Below, piece after piece: positions 32,796 through 41,596 of a stretch of DNA of 64,000 bases. The notes under the pieces are model-generated. The model was not told where the DNA came from. It saw only the letters and a program-made list of their open reading frames with translations, and did not search any database. Each line of letters opens with the position of its first letter. Positions within the stretch are counted from its first letter, which is position 1. Made by a program: the position numbers and the translations under genes. The stretch spans positions 1,856,001 to 1,920,000 of the forward strand of contig OZ242383.1 in the NCBI GenBank assembly GCA_965209155.1. Reading direction: 5' to 3'. This DNA comes from a bacterium. GTDB lineage: Bacteria; SAR324; NAC60-12.

Positions 32796-33860
32796 TTAAA
32801 CCACTTGGAGCACAGGAGGTTGATAAGGTGTTTGATCGAGGATTAACCTCCTAGCCAAAATCACCAGTTTACGAGCGATGGCCACAATGGCCCGTTTGCC
32901 TCCGATGCGGCAAGCCAAGCGTTGATATTTGGTTTTAAAATAAGGATCTTTACGCACCAGAGTCCAAGCCGCTTCCACCAACATTCCACGCAGATCGGCT
33001 TTGCCGGAACGAGTAATATGGCCCATGCGAATCTGATCAGAACTGGAAAACTGAGAAGGGGTTAAGCCCACATAAGCGGCGATTTGATCACTTTGAGCAA
33101 AACGCGTGAGATCTTCCAATTCTAATAAAAAGGTCATCGCTGTGAGCAAACCCACTCCGGGGATGGATCTTAAAAACTGAACGTTGAGTTGGTGTTGAGG
33201 GCTCTTGGCCAGTTGTCGAATGGCTTGAGTCAGACGAAGAATTTGCTCTTGGAGAAAATGGAATTCTTCCAGAAGCATTTGCATACTCAAACCAAAGCGA
33301 GAGTCGCTTTGAGCCAAGTTTGTTAATTCCAATAAAAAACTTTGAGTCCAAGAACCTTGGTCGCTGGAGAGCTTTTGTCCATGAAAACTTAACTCGGCTT
33401 TGATGCGATTTTGAACACGAACTCGATTGCCCATGAGTTGACGACGATGGCGAATGAGTTTGCGTTGCTGCAAATTAGCTTCACTCGGAACATAAACACT
33501 TTTGAGCAAATCTCTGGAAAGATAAAAGGCTAATTTCTTGCTGTCTTTGCGATCGGTTTTTACTCGATTACCTGACTCTTGAGGAATCAAACTGGGAGGG
33601 GTGACCAAACAATCCACCCCCCAATGGCTCAGATGACGAGAGAGCCAGTAGCCACAATAACCGGCTTCATAGACCACTTTCATCTCCAATGATTTGAAAG
33701 GATTCAAAAGTTTTTTTAAGGCCGACCAACTCGCTGGAATGGATTGACTGCTCAACTCGCAATCAAAGCTCCGAATGGTGACATGAAAGGTTTTTTTATG
33801 CACGTCGATTCCTATATAAATGGTTTGGCCTAATAATGATTCAATGTTAATCTTTTTCAT
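32796..33860 (-). CDS. IS110-family recombinase/transposase
   Basis: DEDD: GIDVHK, YEAG, KTDRKD; SIPGVG, GLTPSQFSS and AIVAIARKL. Confidence 0.96.
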   Translation of the reverse strand: MKKINIESLLGQTIYIGIDVHKKTFHVTIRSFDCELSSQSIPASWSALKKLLNPFKSLEMKVVYEAGYCGYWLSRHLSHWGVDCLVTPPSLIPQESGNRVKTDRKDSKKLAFYLSRDLLKSVYVPSEANLQQRKLIRHRRQLMGNRVRVQNRIKAELSFHGQKLSSDQGSWTQSFLLELTNLAQSDSRFGLSMQMLLEEFHFLQEQILRLTQAIRQLAKSPQHQLNVQFLRSIPGVGLLTAMTFLLELEDLTRFAQSDQIAAYVGLTPSQFSSSDQIRMGHITRSGKADLRGMLVEAAWTLVRKDPYFKTKYQRLACRIGGKRAIVAIARKLVILARRLILDQTPYQPPVLQVV

Positions 33861-33947
33861 AGCAGTCTCCTAAAAGATGGTTGTTAGTTTTTGCTGAAAC
33901 TATTTAATATCACAACCATCGGAGACTGTCCGATTTACATAGTAACT

Positions 33948-34034
33948 GAGAGGGACGCCCAGTCATGTAGGCGAAGAATCTCAATGATATCAAGGAGATT
34001 TTTCGTAAGGGGGCTGCCTAACCTGAGGATGACA
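33948..34034. repeat. Right part of a REP doublet (TGTCATTCTGAG...CGAAGAATCTC / GAGATTTTTCG...CTGAGGATGACA) interrupted by IS110
   Basis: Joins to tgtcattct at 32536-32544. Confidence 0.7.
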
Positions 34035-34110
34035 AATCAAAAGAATGAATTTGATCACTTTATTCTGATTAGCTGTCCTAAGTATTCACGATTATCTCTG
34101 AGGAATCCCC

Positions 34111-37100
34111 ATGGAAATGTCGTTTACTCAGCAGACGTCCTTGGATCAGCATAGGAACCGGTTTTTGACCGATGATCGCTGTCACCAACATCTTTTCGCG
34201 ATTCGCTGGCCCCAAGGGTTTGTCTGCCCCACCTGTGGCCATCATGAGTATTACGAGGTATCGCTGCGTAAGCTGTTTCAATGCAAACAATGTCATTCCC
34301 AAACCTCAGCGACGGCAGGCACGATCATGCACCGGACGCGGACTCCGCTGCGTTACTGGTTTTGGGGGATTTATTATGTGGCCGCATGCAATGGGGAGAC
34401 GACGGCTCAACAATTGTCAGAAAAAATCGGATTAAATTACTATATCGCCCGGAGGATGCTGGGAAAAATCCACGAATTCGAAAAGAACCAGGGTTTCCTG
34501 GGGGATCTGCTCAAAAGCTTCAAAATGCCTGAATGGTCCAGGGAAGAACTCTATACCGGACCGGGCATGGAAACACCACCCAAGCCAACAAAAAAGCTGG
34601 CGATTTCTGATCAAAAAAAACCGGAGATTCCAGGTTATTTGCTGGAGGAGGTCATTTTTGAAAGTGGGCGGACTTGGCTCTGGCGCGGCAGGCGGCAAAG
34701 CGATGGGCTTTTGGTCCTGATCAAGGGAGCGGCATCTTCCGAGCAGAGTGCCCAGGAGCTGGCGGAAATGCGGCATGAGCATGAGATCACTCAAGCTCTT
34801 AAGATCGATGGGGTCCTCAGGGCAGAGGAAGTGGTACAATATGAAAATGGATCGGTCTTGATCCTGGAAAACACCGAAGGGCTTCCTTTAAGAAAGCTGA
34901 TGGATGCCGCCCGGCTCGACCTGCCGAACTCGCTGAAGATAGCGCTTTCATTGGCCGGCACCCTGAAAGAAGTGCACCGGCAGGGCCTCCTTCATAAAAT
35001 GATCAATCCGTTCAATATTTTTGTTGATCCGGCATCGGGGACGGTCAAACTGACCGGCTTCGGCCTGGCCAGCCGGTTGCCTAAGGAAAATTTGACGACG
35101 TTGAGTCCCCAGCTAAGCGGGGAAACCTTGCCCTATATTTCTCCCGAGCAGACCGGCCGGATGAACCGCCCCCTCGATTATCGCAGTGATTTTTATTCTC
35201 TGGGCGCTACCCTTTATGAGCTTTTCAGCGGGAGAGTGCCTTTCCACTCCCGGGAGGTCATGGAAATCATCCACGCTCACATTGCCCGGCAGCCTGTACC
35301 CCTGGACCAGAAGTCGCCGCAGGTGCCCAAAACCCTTTCCCGCCTGGTGATGAAACTGATGGCCAAGCGTGTCGAGGCGCGCTACCAGAGTCACTCGGGT
35401 CTGGTAGCCGATCTGCTGGCATGTCTGGAGCAGCTGGAAAAAAGTGGAAACTTGTCCGACTTTCCCCTGGGCCGCCAGGACGTTCCCAAAGAATTGCAGG
35501 TCGCCCCGGGGCTTTACGGCCGGGAGGATGAAATCAACGTTTTGGAGGCTGCCCTGGAGCGAGTCAGCCAGGGAGCGACCGAGATGGTGCTGGTCTCGGG
35601 ATCCGCCGGTGTCGGCAAAACCGTCCTGGTCGGTGAAATTCACCGATCCGTTGCCCAAAAAAACGGTTTCTTCATCTCCGGCAAGTTTGACCAGCTCCGG
35701 CACAATATCCCCTACAGCGCCCTGATCCAGGCGCTGCGGGGACTCATCCGGGAAATATCGGCCGAAGACAAATCCGGAATGGAGCGTTGGAAAAGCAGGA
35801 TACGGACTGCCCTGGGACCCAACGGACAACTGATGACCCGGGTGATCCCGGAACTGGAACAGGTTATCGGCCCGCAACCCCCGCTGCCGGAAATGGGAGC
35901 GCTGGAGTCCCGCAACCGCTTCACTGCCGTTTTACTGGATTTCATCGACCTTTTCTGTGAAAAAACCCATCCGCTGGTTATTTTTCTGGACGACTTGCAG
36001 TGGGTGGACGCCGATACCCTCAAGCTGGTGGAACGGATCGCTCAGGATCCGGAGAGGAAACCTCTGCTTTTCCTGGGGGCCTATCGCGACAACGAGGTAG
36101 AGGCTGATCATCGGTTGACGATCGGTATCGAAGTGATAAAAAAAACAGGCCAGCCTGTGCAAATAATCCCCTTAAAGCCCCTCAACCCGGAGGACATCTC
36201 ACAACTGCTCGTCCATACCTGCCACTGCCGTCCTGAGGAGGCAAACCCACTGGCCGAGCTCCTGATGCGCAAAACCGGCGGCAATCCCTTCTTTGTGAGC
36301 CAGTTCTTGACCGTACTCTCCGAGAAGGAGCTTATCGGTTACTCCCCTGAGGAAAAACGATGGATCTGGGAGCTGGCTGCCATCGAATTCCTGGCGGTGA
36401 CCGATAATGTGGTGGAGTTGCTTATTGACCGGCTCCACCGGTTTTCCTCTGAAACCAGGAAACTCTTAAGCCTGGCGGCCTGCATCGGCAATACCTTTGA
36501 CCTGGAATCGTTGGAGTTGATCAGCGGAGCCGGAAACGGGGAGCTCGATGAGAACCTGTTGCCGGCCCTGGAAACCGGGTTGATCCTCGGTTTTTCCCGG
36601 GCTCCGCAGCCGGATAATCCGACCGCCGGAGCGAGCGCGGAGAGCGGCAGCTACAAATTCCTGCATGACCGGGTGCAGCAGGCGGCCTATGCCCTCATCG
36701 CGCAAAAGGAGAAACAGCCGGTCCATCTTCAAATCGGTCAGACCCTGCTCAAGCAATACGCTCCGGAGAAAGGTGAAGCTCTGCTTTTTGACATCGTCCA
36801 CCATCTCAACCTGGCCCGGAGGGTGAAGGGTAAATGGAAAGAACGATTGCACCTGGCGGAACTCAACCTGGAAGCCGGTCGTCAGGCCAGAGCGGCTTCG
36901 GCTTTTGAACAGGCCCTGGAATATTTTACCATCGGCCTGGATCTCTTAGGAGCCGCCGCCTGGAAACGGCAATACCCCCTGGCCTTATCCCTGCACGAAG
37001 CAGCGACGGAGATGTCATGGCTCTGCGGCCGGTTCGAGTTGATGGAGAAGCTGGCGGGTGCCGTAAAAGACAACGCCCGAGCGGACCTGGACCTGGCCAA

Positions 37101-40062
37101 TGTTTATCACTGCCGGATCCAGGCGTACACCACCCGAGGCGAATTAAAGAAGGCCATGGAAACGGGCGCGGAAATTCTGTATAAATTGGGGTGTCAACTC
37201 AGCCGTTTGTCTCCCAGCCAGTGGCAGCAGACCCTCGGTCAAATCAAACCCAGCCTGGCAGGTAAAAGCGTCGCGGACGTGATGCGCTTTGAGCCGCTCA
37301 CCCAACCGGATGCCGAGGTCCTTGTCCCTATCCTGCATGAACTCCATATGGCCAATGGCGAGGCTGGGGCTACTTTGGATGACGGTCTTTGGCAGTCCAT
37401 CGCTGCAAAACGCATCTCTTTGCTGCTGAATCATTTTCATCCGGAATTTTCACCCGAATTCTATGGTCTCCTTGGAAGTATATATTGCTTGTTTACTCAG
37501 GATTTTGAATTTGGTTATGAACTCGCTCGGCTGGGCATACAGATCATGGAAGCGCTTGATCTGAAGGAAATAAACTGTAGAGTTTCCTTGTCTTTCAACG
37601 CCGCGACCCGGTTCTACCAGGAGCCGCTATCGGCGTCATTGGAGCCCTTGCTGGAAGCTCATAAGATCGGAATCGAGACGGGAGATTTCTTCAATGCCGG
37701 TTATAGCGCCGTCGGAAGATGTCAGATTGCCTTTATGTGCGGGAAGGAGCTGAATTGGCTGAAAGGGGAATTGTCGACGTTGAAGGCTGCTCTCAAGAAG
37801 ATCGATTATATTCTCGGATCGCCCCGGGTCGAAATGCTGATGAAGACGGTCATGGTTCTGATGGAGGAACCTGCGAGCCTGTCGAGCGGCATCATGGATC
37901 AATACGACAGGGTGACATGTACGGAGTACTCATATTATGAACATCGCAGTTTCAATTACCAAAAGCTGGTGCTGCAAACCCTGTTCGGAGAATACGAAGC
38001 AGCGCGGGAGACGGTTTTTGAAATGATCAACCTGATGAAAACCTACAAGGATTCCCTTGTTGATCCCCTGGCCAACTGCTACCGATCCCTCGCTCTCCTC
38101 GCGGTTTACGGCCAGGTGCCTGACAGGGAAAAGGAGGAGATCCTCACCCAAGTCCATGAACATCAGGAGACGTTGGAAAAACTGGCGCGCTGTGCCCCAC
38201 CCAATTATTTGCATAAATACCACCTGGTGGAAGCCGAGCGGATGCGGGTTTTGGAGGGTGAACCCGATACCATTATGCACCACTATGACCAAGCCATCAC
38301 TTTGGGCAGGGAGAGCGAGTTTATCCACGAGGAAGCCCTGGCCAATGAACTGGCAGCCAGGTACTTGCTCAACCAGGGGCAGAACGACGCCGCCCGGGCG
38401 TACCTGCGCTCAGCAATGGAAAAATACGAAGCCTGGGGGGCAAAACGGAAGGTCGCGCACCTGAAGTCTCGATATCCCGGGCTGATTGCCGATGATCGTG
38501 CTGAAGCGAAGTCTCCTTCGGCCAACCTGGACCTGGCGACGATGCTCAAAGCCTCGGAGGCCCTCTCCAGTACTCTCGAGTTGGAACCGCTGCTGGAGAT
38601 CCTGCTCCGCATTCTCATAGAAAATGCCGGGGCCCAGACAGCAGCCCTGCTTCTGGAAACCGAAGGTCAGTCTCTCATCGCTGCCCGCGGAAGCGCCGAG
38701 CAGGTTGAATGTTTTCTACCGCTTTCCCTGCCTGTGGAAAAGGCCGAATCCCTCTCCCTCTCGGTCATCTCCTGGGTGAAACAAACCCAGGAACACCTGG
38801 TTTTGGACAACGCCGCTCGCGAGAAACGATTTGCCGGGGATGACTATATCAGAAAGGAGCGTCCTAAATCGGTCCTGTGCGCACCGATCATTCATAAGTC
38901 ATCTTTGAGCGGAATCATTTACCTGGAAAATAACCTGGTCGAGGGAGTCTTCACCTCCCGGCGACTCGAGGTGATCAAACACCTCACCTCCCAGATCGCC
39001 ATTTCCCTGGAAAATGCCAGGCTTCACGAAAACCTCAAAAAGGCGATGGACGAGCTGAAAGCGAGCGAAACCTCCCTACGCGAGGAGAATGTCCGCCTGA
39101 AGGCCAACATTAAGGAACGTTATCGCTTCGGAAAGATCATCGGCAAAAGCCCCGTGATGCAGGAGATTTATGAATTGATCTTAAAGGCGGCGGCTAGCGA
39201 TGCGGGCGTCATTGTATACGGTGAATCAGGGACCGGGAAAGAACTGGTGGCCAAAGCCATCCATGAGATGAGTGATAGAAAAGAAAAACCCTTTGTTCCT
39301 GTCAACGCCGGTGCTGTTCCGGAAAACCTCTTGGAAAGCGAGTTTTTCGGCTACAAAAAAGGGGCCTTTACCGGAGCCAATGCCGATAAGCGCGGCCTGC
39401 TCCAACAGGCAGACAAAGGCACGCTTTTCCTGGATGAATTGGGTGAAATCAGCCCCAACCTGCAAGCCAAACTACTGCGTGCTATTGAGGGCGGAGGGTT
39501 CACTCCAGTAGGCGGCCTTGAAGCGGAAACCTCCGATTTTCGCATCATTGCTGCCACCAATCAGGATTTAAAACAACAAATGAAAAAGGGATTGATGCGG
39601 AAGGATTTCTTCTATCGCATCCAAATTATCCCTCTTCACTTGCCGCCTCTCCGGGAACGAAAAGAGGATATCCCCCTTTTGATTGAGCATTTTATGCAAA
39701 ACCACCCTTCCTCAAAGAACCTCACAATCACTGCCGCTGTCATGGAAGCTCTGACCTCCTATGATTGGCCGGGAAACGTCAGGGAATTGATCAACACCAT
39801 GCATCGCTACCTGACGCTCAAGAAACTCGACTTCCTCGATACCTCTTTGATCGATGCCAGCCAAACAGAACCAGCGGTCTCGGTTGAGGTGCGTGAAACC
39901 AATGAATCCTTGGATGCCACCATGAAGCGATTCGAAAAACTGTATTTGACCAGGGTGCTGGACGATAATCACTGGCAACAGAGCAAAGTTTCAGCTCTTC
40001 TGGGGGTTGATCGTAAAACGTTGTATCGAAAAATAAACCAATACCATCTCAAACCTTCATAA
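34111..40062 (+). CDS. Giant sigma54-dependent activator: IS1595-like Zn ribbon/HTH, pseudokinase, AAA ATPase, helical repeats, GAF, sigma54 AAA+ and Fis HTH
   Basis: RWPQGFVCPTCG/QCKQC; YISPEQTGR; GSAGVGKT and LDDLQW; IIYLEN; GESGTGKE, GAFTGA, WPGNVREL and LGVDRKTLYRK. Confidence 0.88.
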   Translation: MEMSFTQQTSLDQHRNRFLTDDRCHQHLFAIRWPQGFVCPTCGHHEYYEVSLRKLFQCKQCHSQTSATAGTIMHRTRTPLRYWFWGIYYVAACNGETTAQQLSEKIGLNYYIARRMLGKIHEFEKNQGFLGDLLKSFKMPEWSREELYTGPGMETPPKPTKKLAISDQKKPEIPGYLLEEVIFESGRTWLWRGRRQSDGLLVLIKGAASSEQSAQELAEMRHEHEITQALKIDGVLRAEEVVQYENGSVLILENTEGLPLRKLMDAARLDLPNSLKIALSLAGTLKEVHRQGLLHKMINPFNIFVDPASGTVKLTGFGLASRLPKENLTTLSPQLSGETLPYISPEQTGRMNRPLDYRSDFYSLGATLYELFSGRVPFHSREVMEIIHAHIARQPVPLDQKSPQVPKTLSRLVMKLMAKRVEARYQSHSGLVADLLACLEQLEKSGNLSDFPLGRQDVPKELQVAPGLYGREDEINVLEAALERVSQGATEMVLVSGSAGVGKTVLVGEIHRSVAQKNGFFISGKFDQLRHNIPYSALIQALRGLIREISAEDKSGMERWKSRIRTALGPNGQLMTRVIPELEQVIGPQPPLPEMGALESRNRFTAVLLDFIDLFCEKTHPLVIFLDDLQWVDADTLKLVERIAQDPERKPLLFLGAYRDNEVEADHRLTIGIEVIKKTGQPVQIIPLKPLNPEDISQLLVHTCHCRPEEANPLAELLMRKTGGNPFFVSQFLTVLSEKELIGYSPEEKRWIWELAAIEFLAVTDNVVELLIDRLHRFSSETRKLLSLAACIGNTFDLESLELISGAGNGELDENLLPALETGLILGFSRAPQPDNPTAGASAESGSYKFLHDRVQQAAYALIAQKEKQPVHLQIGQTLLKQYAPEKGEALLFDIVHHLNLARRVKGKWKERLHLAELNLEAGRQARAASAFEQALEYFTIGLDLLGAAAWKRQYPLALSLHEAATEMSWLCGRFELMEKLAGAVKDNARADLDLANVYHCRIQAYTTRGELKKAMETGAEILYKLGCQLSRLSPSQWQQTLGQIKPSLAGKSVADVMRFEPLTQPDAEVLVPILHELHMANGEAGATLDDGLWQSIAAKRISLLLNHFHPEFSPEFYGLLGSIYCLFTQDFEFGYELARLGIQIMEALDLKEINCRVSLSFNAATRFYQEPLSASLEPLLEAHKIGIETGDFFNAGYSAVGRCQIAFMCGKELNWLKGELSTLKAALKKIDYILGSPRVEMLMKTVMVLMEEPASLSSGIMDQYDRVTCTEYSYYEHRSFNYQKLVLQTLFGEYEAARETVFEMINLMKTYKDSLVDPLANCYRSLALLAVYGQVPDREKEEILTQVHEHQETLEKLARCAPPNYLHKYHLVEAERMRVLEGEPDTIMHHYDQAITLGRESEFIHEEALANELAARYLLNQGQNDAARAYLRSAMEKYEAWGAKRKVAHLKSRYPGLIADDRAEAKSPSANLDLATMLKASEALSSTLELEPLLEILLRILIENAGAQTAALLLETEGQSLIAARGSAEQVECFLPLSLPVEKAESLSLSVISWVKQTQEHLVLDNAAREKRFAGDDYIRKERPKSVLCAPIIHKSSLSGIIYLENNLVEGVFTSRRLEVIKHLTSQIAISLENARLHENLKKAMDELKASETSLREENVRLKANIKERYRFGKIIGKSPVMQEIYELILKAAASDAGVIVYGESGTGKELVAKAIHEMSDRKEKPFVPVNAGAVPENLLESEFFGYKKGAFTGANADKRGLLQQADKGTLFLDELGEISPNLQAKLLRAIEGGGFTPVGGLEAETSDFRIIAATNQDLKQQMKKGLMRKDFFYRIQIIPLHLPPLRERKEDIPLLIEHFMQNHPSSKNLTITAAVMEALTSYDWPGNVRELINTMHRYLTLKKLDFLDTSLIDASQTEPAVSVEVRETNESLDATMKRFEKLYLTRVLDDNHWQQSKVSALLGVDRKTLYRKINQYHLKPS

Positions 40063-40270
40063 AGAGAAGATGGTTTTGATGGGCCCCTGGAAGGGGCTTT
40101 TCGGAGGCAGAAGCGAAATGCCGCCTGGTCAGAAGAAAACGACGTGCCATCGAAAGATCAGCAATGAAACAGGCTTGTAGAACTCAGAGAAGACCGGTAC
40201 GCTTACTCTCAAAAAAGGTGTTAATCGCCGATTTAGTGATAGGCTCTACTCACATGTATAGGATGGTTAT

Positions 40271-40540
40271 ATGACTCTTGAAGATATTCTGATTGATATT
40301 CACTCCCTTGAAGAAGAACTGCTTGATTTTGAAAGAAAGTACGGCGTTCGTTCGGACATATTCTATGCAGCCTATATCAGTGGTGAAGAACCTGAAGATG
40401 AAAATTGGGTCTTAGATTTTGGAGAATGGGCCAGCGTCTTTCGTACGTGGTTAGCGCGTCAAGCAACCTATCGTGACCAAGTACAACGAATTCAACGTGA
40501 TAAGCCGACTTTGAGTGGTTTGATTCGGGTTTCTGTATGA
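40271..40540 (+). CDS. Putative antitoxin (partner of the DUF6516 protein)
   Basis: 89 aa, FERKYGVRSDIFY; GTATGA overlap with the next gene. Confidence 0.6.
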   Translation: MTLEDILIDIHSLEEELLDFERKYGVRSDIFYAAYISGEEPEDENWVLDFGEWASVFRTWLARQATYRDQVQRIQRDKPTLSGLIRVSV

Positions 40541-40968
40541 ATAATGCTCTCCGAACCATCAAAGACTATGAGCTGTTTATTTACACACTCACCGAACAGT
40601 TCCCTGTCATCCAACGTTCAACTTTGCGTTTAATCCGTCGTGGGACAACCTTAGCTCGTGTGGAGGGGAAACTGTACTTTACAAAAGATGTATGGATCGC
40701 CATCCGTGAACGAATTGTTTATCATCGTTTACCTGCCGTCATTGACGAATATGGATATGAGATCCGACAAAAAGAGAAAAAACTATACTGGTACGATTCT
40801 CAACCACATCCTAATGATTCGACTTTGCAAAGCACTCATCCCCATCACAAGCATATTCCGCCAGACATGAAACATAATAGGATTCCTGCAGAAGGAATGA
40901 GTTTTGTGCAACCCAATTTACCTATATTGATTCATGAAATCCAAGAATTGCTGAACAGCCTGTCGTAG
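40537..40968 (+). CDS. DUF6516/TumE-like toxin
   Basis: YGYE...WYDSQPHP...THPHHKH. Confidence 0.65.
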   Translation: MNNALRTIKDYELFIYTLTEQFPVIQRSTLRLIRRGTTLARVEGKLYFTKDVWIAIRERIVYHRLPAVIDEYGYEIRQKEKKLYWYDSQPHPNDSTLQSTHPHHKHIPPDMKHNRIPAEGMSFVQPNLPILIHEIQELLNSLS

Positions 40969-41022
40969 TCTTCCTGAAAGCGGAAATCCACGAAACGCTT
41001 GATTCAGGCAAATATAATCAAT

Positions 41023-41143
41023 TGGGGCATATCTGCCCCGTTATGGGGCATATCTGCCCCAATCTAGGATTAGTGTTTAATATCAATGTATTACTGCCGA
41101 AAATCCATTATTTTTTGCGTTTAAGTGTGGCAAAACTGCCCCA
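41023..41143. promoter_or_regulatory. Three palindromic candidate enhancer (UAS) sites
   Basis: TGGGGCATATCTGCCCC at 41023 and 41044; TGTGGCAAAACTGCCCCA at 41126. Confidence 0.65.
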
Positions 41144-41227
41144 TTTTACCAAAAAATCACCTCAAAACGGGCGGCCCTCTTTCCCATAGGTCGCCTCAGC
41201 CCCCACCAATCCTGCGTTTCGAGCGGT

Positions 41228-41243
41228 TGGCATGACTTTTGAA
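41228..41243 (+). promoter_or_regulatory. Sigma54 -24/-12 promoter candidate
   Basis: TGGCATGACTTTTGAA (GG-N10-GA), about 85-200 bp downstream of the palindromes. Confidence 0.6.
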
Positions 41244-41426
41244 GCTAAAGACTACCGGCAGGGGGGCAAAGCCCTGCAAAACGAGAACCAGAACCATGGC
41301 ACTCTGAAGGAGTGCCTCATCACCCAGAGCGGGAGGGAGACTGAAAACCCGATGAAAGGAGGAAATGCCTATGGTAATAAAACCCGTTTTGAAACAGCTG
41401 ATGGGCGCGTGAGAGCGTCATTTTGT

Positions 41427-41546
41427 CATTTATTTTTTATTTTTTTAAGGAGAATCTTATGAAATCGAAAATCGCTATTCTGTTAATGCCATTTATTTAT
41501 TCATTTTTTTTTAAGGAGAATCTTATGAAATCGAAAATCGCTATTC
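41427..41546 (+). repeat. Tandem duplication (66-bp period) of an RBS plus start codon
   Basis: ttaaggagaatcttATGaaatcgaaaatcgctattc twice, ATGs at 41459 and 41525. Confidence 0.85.
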
Positions 41547-41596
41547 CAAACAACCCTTCATCTTGGCTTTTTAATCAAAAAGAAGAAAGGAATCAA

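Larger units (their letters stand above)
32543..33947 (-). mobile_element. Complete IS110-family (IS1111-type) insertion sequence with CT core at both ends
   Basis: Subterminal IRs ctatgaaatc/gatttacatag, CT at 32543-44 and 33946-47, 3' non-coding end, interrupted REP flanks. Confidence 0.88.

Noticed and set aside
34111..34490. Active IS1595 element
   Set aside because: No DDE domain or recognisable terminal IRs; the segment is fused to the regulator
35113..35877. Long antisense ORFs (also 54920-55663, 52038-52547 and others)
   Set aside because: Shadows of GC-rich genes on the opposite strand with no recognisable motifs
41255..41330. c-di-GMP riboswitch-like GGCAAAGCC in the leader
   Set aside because: Second stem and conserved motifs not found
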